From the IMG/VR virus record IMGVR_UViG_3300031902_000927: 64,000 bases of DNA; one strand, 5' to 3'. Below the pieces are notes generated by a model that was not told the DNA's origin, did not search any database, and saw only the letters and a program-made list of their open reading frames with translations. The position numbers and the translations under genes were made by a program. Shown piece after piece: positions 48,333 to 57,762 of this stretch (its first letter is position 1; every line of letters starts with the position of its first letter). The DNA comes from a virus (taxonomy: Duplodnaviria > Heunggongvirae > Uroviricota > Caudoviricetes).

Positions 48333-48638
48333 ATGATAATGATGCGAATTGTTGGTAGAATAATTAGAGATTTACGAAGAGAAGAAATCACTAAATTGTA
48401 TGCTAATAAAAATAGATATATCCCACAAAATATCTATACCAAATTAAAAAATAAAAAGAAATGTGATAAATGTGGAAAAGGATTATGTGGATTACCAGAG
48501 ATTCATCATATAATCTCCGTTGAAGATGGTGGTGAAAGTATTGAATCAAATTTAATGGCTGTACACGAAAATGTCACGAAATACTTGATAGACAATATCA
48601 AGAAGCTAAAAGAACAAATAACATTCAAGCATACTTGA
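48333..48638 (+). CDS. small HNH endonuclease
   Basis: CDKCGKGLC...EIHHIISVEDGGESIESNLMAVHENV. Confidence 0.55.
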   Translation: MIMMRIVGRIIRDLRREEITKLYANKNRYIPQNIYTKLKNKKKCDKCGKGLCGLPEIHHIISVEDGGESIESNLMAVHENVTKYLIDNIKKLKEQITFKHT

Positions 48639-48662
48639 AAAATTTAAAAATGAGGAAAGAAA

Positions 48663-48860
48663 ATGGGAGTACAAAAGAAAGAACCGTTTAAACAAAGAAT
48701 AACCGCCGAAGCATATTACAATGAGTTATTTTCACTCGAAACTAGAAAGAAAGAACTTGTTAATGAATTAGCAGCAACCAATAAAAGACTTGAAGAATTA
48801 AACAGAATGGAAATTTGCAACGATGCCAAAACAATTGCAATTTCCAGGAGTAAACAATGA
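48663..48860 (+). CDS. small coiled-coil protein (paralog of 47235..47429)
   Basis: About 75% identical to 47235 product. Confidence 0.45.
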   Translation: MGVQKKEPFKQRITAEAYYNELFSLETRKKELVNELAATNKRLEELNRMEICNDAKTIAISRSKQ

Positions 48861-49063
48861 TTAATGACGAAGATGAAGGAAAGAAAATGTATGATTGTCG
48901 AGTTTGGATTGGTAAAGATTTCGCCGTAGCAATATCAAATATGTTTAGTAGATGTCCTAAAATTTCTAATCTATTACAATATATGAAAGATAAAAATTTC
49001 AAATATATAGATACAATACAAGGTTCAATATACTTCGAGAAGGTAAAAAATGAAAAAGAATGA
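48857..49063 (+). CDS. hypothetical protein
   Basis: 68 aa. Confidence 0.35.
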   Translation: MINDEDEGKKMYDCRVWIGKDFAVAISNMFSRCPKISNLLQYMKDKNFKYIDTIQGSIYFEKVKNEKE

Positions 49064-49481
49064 TTTGAGAAAAAGATTAGACGAAGAATATCAAGAAAGA
49101 ATAAACTTTTTTACAATAATGACATTTGTTGCTTTTGGATTTTGTCTTGTGTTTTTAGTCCTATTTTCTGGAGAACACGCTAGAAACGTTGATAATCAAA
49201 GAGCTTACGAGCAACAAAAAGAACTAAATGACTTAGATTTTAAATATCAAAAAGATTTGAAACTTGAATTAACATATTGTAAAGAAAATACTTTAAAAAT
49301 TGTGACAGATACAAGAAATCAAATTATAGAATGTAGGAAAGATAATTTGAATCGATGTTTAAGAAATGTTTCAATCAATGTATCTGTTTATGATAAATGG
49401 AATACTACACAAACATCACATTTAATATCAATATATCGTGAAAATAATACTACTTTATTACCAATATCTATGACAAAATGA
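49050..49481 (+). CDS. membrane-anchored protein
   Basis: TM FFTIMTFVAFGFCLVFLVLF. Confidence 0.4.
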   Translation: MKKNDLRKRLDEEYQERINFFTIMTFVAFGFCLVFLVLFSGEHARNVDNQRAYEQQKELNDLDFKYQKDLKLELTYCKENTLKIVTDTRNQIIECRKDNLNRCLRNVSINVSVYDKWNTTQTSHLISIYRENNTTLLPISMTK

Positions 49482-49752
49482 CATCCTTAAAATATCAACT
49501 CTTAAAAGAAGCTGCTAAAGGTCGCGAAACCTTTAGTTCTTCAAAATTTTCATTATTGTTAGATGAATGTGTTAAAATATATGGAGTGAAACAATGAATA
49601 AGACTGCAAAATTTGTAAAACCAACGAGGCAATGGGTGACAAGGCACATAAATTTGATGTAATGGCAATTAAATCTATAATTGAAGATGTAGAAGTAAGT
49701 AAATGGTTAAAAGAAATGGATAAACTAGCTTTAATTCCTAAAAAGAGATAAA

Positions 49753-50019
49753 ATGAACTCATTAATAATTGAAAACCAGTCAATACCAAGAACTATATTT
49801 GGAGTAATGCACACTAAAAAAGATGAGAATAAAATAACTTTCAATATATGTAGAATATTTCCAACAGAAGCACAAGCTCTTGCAGAATATAATGGATTAA
49901 TGCAATATCCAACATTATATCTCAATGTAAAAAAATTAAAATGGTCTATGAACACAAGTGACTGGGATAATGATATGATAGAAAAATGTAATTGTGTAAT
50001 TTATCCATATCCACATTAA
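49753..50019 (+). CDS. hypothetical protein
   Basis: 88 aa. Confidence 0.35.
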   Translation: MNSLIIENQSIPRTIFGVMHTKKDENKITFNICRIFPTEAQALAEYNGLMQYPTLYLNVKKLKWSMNTSDWDNDMIEKCNCVIYPYPH

Positions 50020-50192
50020 AAATCGGATGTATGTGTAAAATAATGAGGTAATAAATATGAAAACGTACTTAGAATTAACAAACGAATTAGCTGAATTGGA
50101 TAGAAAATATCCTAAATATTCTGAAAGAAAAGATATAGAAAAAACAAAACTTATTGTTTCTTACAACAAAGAACGTAAAGGTGTAAAATCCA

Positions 50193-50480
50193 ATGAATTG
50201 CATAATCTGTAAAAATGGAACAGAAGTAATTGACAAACGTACATCAGAAGATAATATTACGCGCCGTCGAAGACAATGCTTAAAATGTGGTGTAAGATTT
50301 TCCACCAAAGAAACATTGATTGAAAAAAAAGAAAAAATAAATGTTAATGAAATGTCAATGTTGAAAAAGATTGATAAACATTGTGAAAATAAAATTAAAG
50401 AGAAAAAAGTAATAATTGAAAAAATTCCTTTAACTCCCGAGAAAGAAAATTTGATAAAATTATTTCGAGGTAAGAAATGA
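50193..50480 (+). CDS. NrdR-like zinc-ribbon protein lacking ATP-cone
   Basis: [40 protein letters not shown] parallels the NrdR N-terminus (CPFC..VIDSR..RRRRECL.CG.RFTT.E). Confidence 0.45.
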   Translation: MNCIICKNGTEVIDKRTSEDNITRRRRQCLKCGVRFSTKETLIEKKEKINVNEMSMLKKIDKHCENKIKEKKVIIEKIPLTPEKENLIKLFRGKK

Positions 50481-50761
50481 AAAATAATCCAATAGCAACA
50501 TTATGTATAATGATATTATTTGTTATACGAATAATAATAACTACTTGTATTAATTTTATTAGATATATTTTTGGAATTTTAATGTTTTGTACTTTTCTAA
50601 GTATAATTTATATTTTTAGTTATTATGATTCACAAGAATCATATCATATAAGTATAGGAATTTATGAAGAAATGTGTCAAAAACATACTGAAAATATTAT
50701 GATATATAGTTGGAAACAATCAATAAAGTGGTTAGATAAATCAATTGGTTCGAATGAATAA
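50477..50761 (+). CDS. membrane protein
   Basis: 2-3 TM. Confidence 0.4.
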   Translation: MKNNPIATLCIMILFVIRIIITTCINFIRYIFGILMFCTFLSIIYIFSYYDSQESYHISIGIYEEMCQKHTENIMIYSWKQSIKWLDKSIGSNE

Positions 50762-50762
50762 G

Positions 50763-51110
50763 ATGAAAACTCTCGAAGAGGCTAAAGCTCTGGGTAATCA
50801 ATTTGCCGAAGAACTACAAAAAGAATTCGAAGTCGAATTAATTTGGTGGTTCGTTGGTTCAATCAAAAATGATAAATATAATCCAGGAACAAGTGACATC
50901 GATATGGTTATCATACCTAAGAAAGAAGGTATGTTTGGAGTAGATGCAATCAAAAGAATCCTTGAAAAGATGGAAGAATATAAGAAATATGGCACGGTTT
51001 TTAAGAAAGGTCGAGATATATCATTAATCGATTGTTTAATATTTTTCGATTTAAAATCCGTTGATTTTTTAAGAAATCATTATAATAGTGTGGGGAAAGA
51101 AAATGAATGA
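50763..51110 (+). CDS. minimal nucleotidyltransferase (Pol beta superfamily)
   Basis: WWFVGSIKNDKYNPGTSDIDMVIIP = GS...DxD motif. Confidence 0.55.
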   Translation: MKTLEEAKALGNQFAEELQKEFEVELIWWFVGSIKNDKYNPGTSDIDMVIIPKKEGMFGVDAIKRILEKMEEYKKYGTVFKKGRDISLIDCLIFFDLKSVDFLRNHYNSVGKENE

Positions 51111-51372
51111 ATTGGAAGAAGTGAAGCAATTTTGTTTAGACAATATCATATTGAGTGGGTGTAGACCTGCAACAATTGATGGAACTTTAATGTATTTGAA
51201 GAACTTTGCTTCAAAAACACATATGAGTCAAGAAAAAATTTGTGAAAAATTTGGAGTTTCCACAGTTGCATTAAGAAATAATGTAAAAAAGATAAGACTA
51301 TCAAAAGAATATCCAAAAATAAAAGAAATGTTGAAGAATCCTTTTATAGATAGTGTGAGGAATCGTTTATGA
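51103..51372 (+). CDS. hypothetical HTH-containing protein
   Basis: ATG 51103 overlaps upstream stop; ICEKFGVSTVALRNNVKKI. Confidence 0.4.
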   Translation: MNELEEVKQFCLDNIILSGCRPATIDGTLMYLKNFASKTHMSQEKICEKFGVSTVALRNNVKKIRLSKEYPKIKEMLKNPFIDSVRNRL

Positions 51373-51473
51373 AACGAGCAAGATTTAAAAAGAAATGTGA
51401 AAATCCAAAATGTGGAAAATATTTTTTACCAAAAAATAGTATGAGAAAATTTTGTTATAAATGTAAAAAGTGA
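51369..51473 (+). CDS. tiny zinc-ribbon protein (34 aa)
   Basis: CENPKCG...CYKC. Confidence 0.3.
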   Translation: MKRARFKKKCENPKCGKYFLPKNSMRKFCYKCKK

Positions 51474-51478
51474 TTGTT

Positions 51479-51664
51479 ATGAGACGTGGGAGAAATTCAG
51501 AAGTAAGTGTAATGTTATTAAAAAAATGGGCAGAAGATGTTAAAAGACGGCGCGAAATAAGCCGTCAAAAGTCAAGTAAGCGCAAAAAGATTCAAAGAAA
51601 ACGCCTTTTGAAAAAACGTGAAAAGAAAAGCGCACATATTCAATGGATTGTAGATACAGACTAA
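51479..51664 (+). CDS. highly basic R/K-rich protein
   Basis: KRRREISRQKSSKRKKIQRKRLLKKREKK. Confidence 0.35.
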   Translation: MRRGRNSEVSVMLLKKWAEDVKRRREISRQKSSKRKKIQRKRLLKKREKKSAHIQWIVDTD

Positions 51665-51669
51665 AACCG

Positions 51670-51686
51670 AAATTTATATAAAGATT
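51670..51686 (+). promoter_or_regulatory. AAATTTATATAAAGATT motif (copy 2)
   Basis: TTTATATA centre about 27 nt before GAGGAG SD of gene 51718. Confidence 0.4.
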
Positions 51687-51717
51687 AGATGATTTTGAAA
51701 TGTTGTGAGGAGACTTT

Positions 51718-51936
51718 ATGGTGGATAAAATAAAAAAATTAAAGGTTGTAGAGATAAGTATTTTAGATGGCGATAAAAAGACATTAAACGTTAGCAGACC
51801 TATACCAATTCTAAAAGGAAAAGCAGCTAAAAGATTCTATAAAATTATAAATCAAGGCAAAATTAGTGAGAAACAAAATAAATTCTTAAAAGATTGTGTT
51901 AAATTGTCTAAAAAGACTAAGAGGACTAAGAAATGA
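51718..51936 (+). CDS. hypothetical basic protein
   Basis: 72 aa. Confidence 0.4.
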   Translation: MVDKIKKLKVVEISILDGDKKTLNVSRPIPILKGKAAKRFYKIINQGKISEKQNKFLKDCVKLSKKTKRTKK

Positions 51937-52952
51937 GTAAATCTATAAATTTAAATGAAAAAATTAAACCACAATTATACGTAAATCAATTAGCTACTGT
52001 TAAAGACTCCAAAGTATATGTTGTGAGTTATGATGAAATTATGGACGAAAAAGGCAATTCTACTGGAGATAAAGAAGCAAATTATGTTGAAATTCCTTCT
52101 GGAAAATATCTATATTCAACAAAAATGGATGGTGTTAGAACAGTAATAACAGACCATTCTATAGAAAGTCGTTCTAAAACAACTTTTCCAAATGATAATC
52201 TCACCAAAGAATTTAAACATTTGAAAGAATATTGTAAAGAAAATAATGTTATATTAGATGGTGAATTTTACTCCCACGAAGTGAATTTTTCTGATATAAT
52301 AACAATATGTATGACAAAAGGAAACAAAATTGAAATACCAAGCAGCTTAAAGTTTCATTGTTTCGACTGCATACCTATAAATGACCTAGAAATGCCATTT
52401 AACGAAAGAATTAAATTAATTCCTACAAATCTACCTAAACTGGAAATTGTAGAACAAAAAGAGGTTTTAATACCACAAGAATCTGATATTTTAAGCCAAG
52501 AATTTAGAAAAATGCTAGATTTGAGTTTTGAAGGACTTATAATTCGTGGTGCAACAAGTAAATATAAATTTGGAAGAACCACACCAACCTGTGGAACAGG
52601 CTACAAATTTAAAGAATATGTCACATACGATGCAAAAATATTAGATGTAATTCAAGCAACTGTCGTTAAAGATGGTGTTGAAACAACTACAAATCAACTT
52701 GGAAAGAGTGTTACAAGTAAAAAGAAAGATGACCGAGAAACAATTGAACAAGCAAGTGGTTTTTACTGTGAATTAGATGGAAAAAAATTTACAGTAACTT
52801 TAGGATTGAGTGATGAATTTTCAACAAAAATATGGCAAGAAAAAGAAAAATATATTGGAGAATACTGTGAATTTAAAGCAATGGAAACAACTAAAGACTT
52901 ACCACGTAATCCAGGATATTTAAGAATGAGATGGAAAAATCAAGACGAATAA
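51933..52952 (+). CDS. ATP-dependent DNA ligase (compact, nucleotidyltransferase + OB)
   Basis: Motif I KMDGVR, III ILDGEFY, IIIa FHCFDCI, IV EGLIIRG, V KFKE, VI PRNPGYLRMRWKNQ. Confidence 0.85.
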   Translation: MSKSINLNEKIKPQLYVNQLATVKDSKVYVVSYDEIMDEKGNSTGDKEANYVEIPSGKYLYSTKMDGVRTVITDHSIESRSKTTFPNDNLTKEFKHLKEYCKENNVILDGEFYSHEVNFSDIITICMTKGNKIEIPSSLKFHCFDCIPINDLEMPFNERIKLIPTNLPKLEIVEQKEVLIPQESDILSQEFRKMLDLSFEGLIIRGATSKYKFGRTTPTCGTGYKFKEYVTYDAKILDVIQATVVKDGVETTTNQLGKSVTSKKKDDRETIEQASGFYCELDGKKFTVTLGLSDEFSTKIWQEKEKYIGEYCEFKAMETTKDLPRNPGYLRMRWKNQDE

Positions 52953-53068
52953 AATGTTAAGAAAAGGCCAAAAATTAGTAAATTACTTTTTAGAAAATGG
53001 TTGGAAGAACGAAGATATACATAAAGCCATATTCTATATTGATGACGAAGGTTTTGATAAAATATTAA

Positions 53069-53599
53069 ATGGGGATAAATAAAATGAATAAAAAGGGAAT
53101 AGAATTATCAATTAATGTTATAATAATTGCTGCATTAGGATTATTAATTGTAGCAATTCTTGCTGTATTGATAATAAATGGTAATAATGAAAATAAATTA
53201 AGAAATAATAATCAAACAACAATAAATTTATCTTCTGAAAATACCGAAACAACTATAAAATTTACATCAGAGAATCCAGATGTTCTACAAGAAAATGATA
53301 CCAATTGCTGCAATCCTTGGAATGAAAATTCTAGTTGTGAAGAAAATACATCAATATGTAGTGGTATTATTGTTGATGAACCAAAATGGGAATGGAGTAT
53401 AATAAAACCAAATATATCTATTGGAAATAGTTTCACGTTCTCTAGTAATGGTAGTAAGTATCATTTAATTGTAACTAGCACTGAAAATTATACTAATTAC
53501 ACCATTACTATTGATAATAATTATTTTAAAACAGTACCTTGTAATTATTCTACAGAAAATATGGATAATGAAAATTACACGTGTTATATGGAGAGATAA
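53069..53599 (+). CDS. secreted Cys/Asn-rich protein with prepilin-like (class III-like) N-terminus
   Basis: MNKKG|IELSINVIIIAALGLLIVAILAVLI. Confidence 0.4.
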   Translation: MGINKMNKKGIELSINVIIIAALGLLIVAILAVLIINGNNENKLRNNNQTTINLSSENTETTIKFTSENPDVLQENDTNCCNPWNENSSCEENTSICSGIIVDEPKWEWSIIKPNISIGNSFTFSSNGSKYHLIVTSTENYTNYTITIDNNYFKTVPCNYSTENMDNENYTCYMER

Positions 53600-53820
53600 A
53601 AATGAGTGAAACAATAGAAAAGAAAAAAGTCAATTATTTAAATTCTTGGAGATTTTGGTTTATGCAGTAATAATGATAATTTTAGTTATGATTGGATATT
53701 TTATAAATTATGATAAAATTAGTATTGTAAAATCATTAATAGTAACACTTAGTTTACTTATTGCTTTATCTTTAGGAGTCCTATTAGAAAAGTGGTCTAT
53801 TAAATATAAATGGTAATAAA

Positions 53821-53955
53821 ATGAAAGAACGATGGCTACCAATCAAAGGATATGAAGGTTCTTATGAAATATCTGAATTTAATATTTCCATTAGTTCAGT
53901 TTGTAAAATAAAATCAAAAAGTATATGGAAACACATCACGAAGGTTTTGAAATGA
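53821..53955 (+). pseudogene. NUMOD4-like N-terminal fragment of a homing endonuclease
   Basis: MKERWLPIKGYEGSYEIS matches NUMOD4; ORF ends after 44 aa. Confidence 0.3.
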
Positions 53956-54194
53956 GTATCGCAGGAAAAATATTTTCATTTATTATGGTAGGATTTATCA
54001 TAATACTATTAATTGGTATAATATTTTCTTCTTGTGAATTAGAAGACGATACTTGTTATTATCATCAATACGTTTATAGTAAAGGTGGCGGCTACTCTTA
54101 CGATAAAGTTGTAAAATGTTCCGACCCAAACGTTACAGGCCATAAGAAAATGTGTATTTCTACACATTATTTCTGGAGTGATTGGTTTAGATGA
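53952..54194 (+). CDS. small membrane protein with Cys
   Basis: ATGA overlap; TM IFSFIMVGFIIILLIGIIF. Confidence 0.35.
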   Translation: MSIAGKIFSFIMVGFIIILLIGIIFSSCELEDDTCYYHQYVYSKGGGYSYDKVVKCSDPNVTGHKKMCISTHYFWSDWFR

Positions 54195-54601
54195 AAAATA
54201 CAATAAATTATATTTGGATAATATTTATTTTTATGATGTTTTCTATTGTATTAATTAGTGGATGTGCTAAATCACCTTGTATGGATGTAAGTCATTTGTT
54301 ATCAGAAGGATATGAAAATAATGGAATAGACTCAAATGGCTGTCAATTAATTAAAAAGACTATAACAACAAATTCCTCCGAATTATATTATAATTTATCA
54401 GATATTGTTATGACTAAAGGTGTTTTAAATTCAACATTAATAACTTATTCAAAATTAAATATTTCAAATTTGATGTATGAAGGCCAACACGTTCAATGGG
54501 TTTATCAAAATAGAATAAATGTTGTTGAAGGAATTGAAAAAATAATTCCTTGTATTATATTAGAAAATAATACAAGATTATGTCAAGAGGATTTACCGTG
54601 A
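54191..54601 (+). CDS. lipoprotein sharing N-terminal module with 17506..19011
   Basis: Lipobox VLISGC; CMDVSHLLSEGYENNGIDSNGCQL vs CIDVSTYLSQGYSSAGTDGSGCPL. Confidence 0.45.
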   Translation: MKNTINYIWIIFIFMMFSIVLISGCAKSPCMDVSHLLSEGYENNGIDSNGCQLIKKTITTNSSELYYNLSDIVMTKGVLNSTLITYSKLNISNLMYEGQHVQWVYQNRINVVEGIEKIIPCIILENNTRLCQEDLP

Positions 54602-55032
54602 ATAAAGAACTAAAATTAAAGCCAAACGAATTAGCATTATTAAATGAAAATTATAGCACTTACGAGACAGTACCAGGTTTCATACTCAAAAAACCAAAAG
54701 ATAAAGTAATCTTCATTAAAAAAGAATTAATCAAGAAATGGTTCGAAGCTAATCAAGGGAGAAAAAGAGCTTTACCTTTAAATCAAATTGCAGGAAATCT
54801 CGGTTTTGAAAAATATGGAAATTCAGTTGAATTTAGATTCCTTGTTGCTTCATTAGTTGTTGATGATTTATACCCTGTAATTAGTTGCTCTGAAGGTTAT
54901 TATAAAGCAAGTTGTCTAAGTGACATAACAAATAACATTCACACCGAAGAATGTAGAGTTAAAGGAATTCAGAGAAGAATTGATGCCCTGGAGAAAATTA
55001 GAGCTTGGGCAGGTAAAATTGGGATGAAATAA
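54580..55032 (+). CDS. hypothetical protein
   Basis: 150 aa. Confidence 0.4.
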   Translation: MSRGFTVNKELKLKPNELALLNENYSTYETVPGFILKKPKDKVIFIKKELIKKWFEANQGRKRALPLNQIAGNLGFEKYGNSVEFRFLVASLVVDDLYPVISCSEGYYKASCLSDITNNIHTEECRVKGIQRRIDALEKIRAWAGKIGMK

Positions 55033-55364
55033 TGAAAAATAAATACAATTATGCAATACTACAAGGAGATTTATCAACTATAAAATTATCAAATAAATAT
55101 GATAATAGACCTTCAACTGATTTAGTTTTTGAAAATTATAAATTGACAAAAACCAAAATCTCTGGAAAAATATTTGATTATAAATTTGCAATGCACTCTG
55201 AAGATATAGAATTATCTAAAGTAGATGAAAAAGAAATAATTAATAAAAAATTCTTAATTTGGAAATGGAAAACTTATAGAAAGGGATGGCTACTATTAAA
55301 AGAAAGAAAGCTAATGAAAATTGAAAATCCAAAAGGGTTCATTTTGATTGAAGGTGATTTATGA
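55032..55364 (+). CDS. hypothetical protein
   Basis: 110 aa. Confidence 0.4.
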   Translation: MKNKYNYAILQGDLSTIKLSNKYDNRPSTDLVFENYKLTKTKISGKIFDYKFAMHSEDIELSKVDEKEIINKKFLIWKWKTYRKGWLLLKERKLMKIENPKGFILIEGDL

Positions 55365-55966
55365 AAATTGTAAAAAATACTTGTAAAAATTGTGGGTATT
55401 CAGAAACCTTTACAAAAAAAGAACTTGCAATCAAATATTTTTTAGGATTAGTTAAAGAAATATTCTTTGTTCTAGGTATATTATTTATTGTTTTAATCAT
55501 ACTTATAGGTCCTTCTATCTTTTTAGATAATTTTGGTTCGGCAATAATGATGAAAAGTATGGAAAATAATGTTGGAAAAAATGAATTAAGAACCCTTGCA
55601 ATCAATTGGACCGAAGGAACTTGTTCAGATAAAACTTTATGTTATGCTGAAAAGATATTCAATCATACGAAAAATATTCCCTATGTACCTGCTAGTAAAT
55701 TTGAATTAGTATCTTCAAATTTATCAGAGAGTTTTAAGGGAAATGATTGTAAGAATACGGCGATTTTATATACGGCGTTAATGCGTAGCGTAGGGCAAGA
55801 TACACAAGTCATATGTTCTGTAAAATATGCACATTGTGTAAGTAAAGTTAATATTGATTCAACTAATTATTTAATAATCGATTTAACAGGGCCTAAAGCA
55901 TATTTAATGAATAATACTCAACAACCTTGGACATATTTTAACGAAGGTGTTGAAATCTGGAATTAG
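55361..55966 (+). CDS. membrane-anchored transglutaminase-like cysteine protease domain protein
   Basis: N-terminal TM; GNDCKNTAILYTALMRSVGQ (Cys), YAHCVSKV (His), LIIDLTGP (Asp). Confidence 0.45.
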   Translation: MKIVKNTCKNCGYSETFTKKELAIKYFLGLVKEIFFVLGILFIVLIILIGPSIFLDNFGSAIMMKSMENNVGKNELRTLAINWTEGTCSDKTLCYAEKIFNHTKNIPYVPASKFELVSSNLSESFKGNDCKNTAILYTALMRSVGQDTQVICSVKYAHCVSKVNIDSTNYLIIDLTGPKAYLMNNTQQPWTYFNEGVEIWN

Positions 55967-56345
55967 TGGTAAGGTGGTAAATATGGAAAAAAATAAAAAA
56001 TTAAAAAAGATTAATTGTTGGGCAGTTGCATCGTGCGTATTACTCGTAAGTTCAGTAATATTCTTGATAATGTTTATACAAAAAAATAATGAATTAAATG
56101 AATTTAAACTAGCACAAGTTCATTTTGATATGGATAGTTATATAGCAAATCAATTTGTTAATGGAAAAATAACATACGATTTATATGCTAGATATGAACA
56201 CGATAAATATTACAATGGTTCTGTTGCTCTATTTGGAATTGCCGCAGTTGTAGCTGCTTTAGGAATATTAATTCACGGAATATCTTTAGTTAATATAGAT
56301 AATTCTCATCACAACAAAAAAGAAAATGAGGATTTTCTAAAATGA
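55947..56345 (+). CDS. membrane protein
   Basis: 2 TM. Confidence 0.4.
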   Translation: MLKSGISGKVVNMEKNKKLKKINCWAVASCVLLVSSVIFLIMFIQKNNELNEFKLAQVHFDMDSYIANQFVNGKITYDLYARYEHDKYYNGSVALFGIAAVVAALGILIHGISLVNIDNSHHNKKENEDFLK

Positions 56346-56725
56346 ATAGAAAAGGGTATGGTGAAATACAATTCTTTATCGCTGCAATAGTAGTAATTCC
56401 TTTTATTATATTTATGTTTACAATTACTGGAATTACAAAAATAACCATTGAACAACCTTATCATACAGAATATACAAAGTGTGTGCAAGAAAAACAAAAT
56501 ATAAATGATAAATTAATCTATTGTCAAGATGTAAAAGGTATAAATAACAATAATCCTTTTAGTCCTTTATTCTATATTTTGACAATTCTATTATTTATGG
56601 GTGGAATAGCATTATTTGTATTCGGTGCTATTAAGAAAAATAAATTAGATGCACTAGAAATAGAAATTGGAAAAAGAAGTTATGAAATAACTAAAAGAGA
56701 AGAAGAAGTAATTAAAAAGAAGTAA
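56342..56725 (+). CDS. membrane protein
   Basis: 2 TM. Confidence 0.4.
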   Translation: MNRKGYGEIQFFIAAIVVIPFIIFMFTITGITKITIEQPYHTEYTKCVQEKQNINDKLIYCQDVKGINNNNPFSPLFYILTILLFMGGIALFVFGAIKKNKLDALEIEIGKRSYEITKREEEVIKKK

Positions 56726-56794
56726 AAGTAAATAAAACAATGAATGAAGTCGCGAATGAAATTAGTGTATTAAATCGACTTAAAGAGAAAAAAA

Positions 56795-57715
56795 ATGGTA
56801 AGAAAAAAAACAAATAAACAAGTTAGTCTTGAGGATGACGAAATGAAAACAAACGAAAGTAAAAAAGCACAAGGTATGTGGATATTATTTGGAGCAATAG
56901 TTTTTATCGGATTTATCGTAATGATGTTAGGATTCGATACCGTAGAACCTAGCCATATGGGTGTCAAGGTAAATTTTGGTAATATACAAGGTTCTATGAT
57001 GCCAGGAACTCAATGGACAGGTGTCTTTACCCACGTAGAACAATACGATATGAGAATTAGAAAAGATGTAATTGAACTAAAATGCTTTAAAGATGAAACA
57101 ACTAAAATATTAGATTGTTCAAATGCAGCAGCAACCAAACAAGGACAAGCAGTTTATACGACTATAAATGTAAATTATAGAATTAAAAACAACGATGTTG
57201 TAACAGAATTATATAAAAATGTTGGAACTGATACAGAAATAGATGATAAATTAAACATAAAAGCAATCATAATGGAAGGTTTCAAACAAACAACTGTAAA
57301 ATATGATTGGATTGGTATATTAGAAAATAGAGAACAAGTAAAACTTGAAGCAATAGCAAATATAAAAACTAATTTCCCAAAAGATTATCTTGAAATTCAA
57401 GATGTAGTAATCACTAACATCGGATTTAGCCCAGAATTCCAATCTGAATTAGAAGCTAAACAAATTGCTGAACAAACAGGACTTAAAGAAAAGAATAATC
57501 TTGAAGTTGTAAAAAATCAACAAGCACAAGAGATTGAAAAATACAAAGCAGAAGCAGAAAAAATGAGATTACAGAAGAGTGAAATTACTGCTTTACTTGT
57601 ACAACAACAATGGATTGCTAAATGGGACGGTCATACACCTATGTATATGATAACATCACAAGACCAAGCAAATTACTTGTTGCAATTACCTGGTGTACAA
57701 ACTACAACTAAGTAA
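56795..57715 (+). CDS. SPFH/band-7 (stomatin-prohibitin) family membrane protein
   Basis: N-terminal TM then VEPSHMGVKVNFGNIQGSMMPGTQWTGVFTHVEQYDMRI; C-terminal coiled coil. Confidence 0.55.
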   Translation: MVRKKTNKQVSLEDDEMKTNESKKAQGMWILFGAIVFIGFIVMMLGFDTVEPSHMGVKVNFGNIQGSMMPGTQWTGVFTHVEQYDMRIRKDVIELKCFKDETTKILDCSNAAATKQGQAVYTTINVNYRIKNNDVVTELYKNVGTDTEIDDKLNIKAIIMEGFKQTTVKYDWIGILENREQVKLEAIANIKTNFPKDYLEIQDVVITNIGFSPEFQSELEAKQIAEQTGLKEKNNLEVVKNQQAQEIEKYKAEAEKMRLQKSEITALLVQQQWIAKWDGHTPMYMITSQDQANYLLQLPGVQTTTK

Positions 57716-57749
57716 ATTTTTTTTTATTTTATTTTTAATTTTTTAAAAT
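57716..57749 (+). promoter_or_regulatory. T/A tract ending TTTTAAAAT (copy 3)
   Basis: Followed by GGAGGG SD and ATG 57763. Confidence 0.35.
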
Positions 57750-57762
57750 TGGAGGGATTAAT

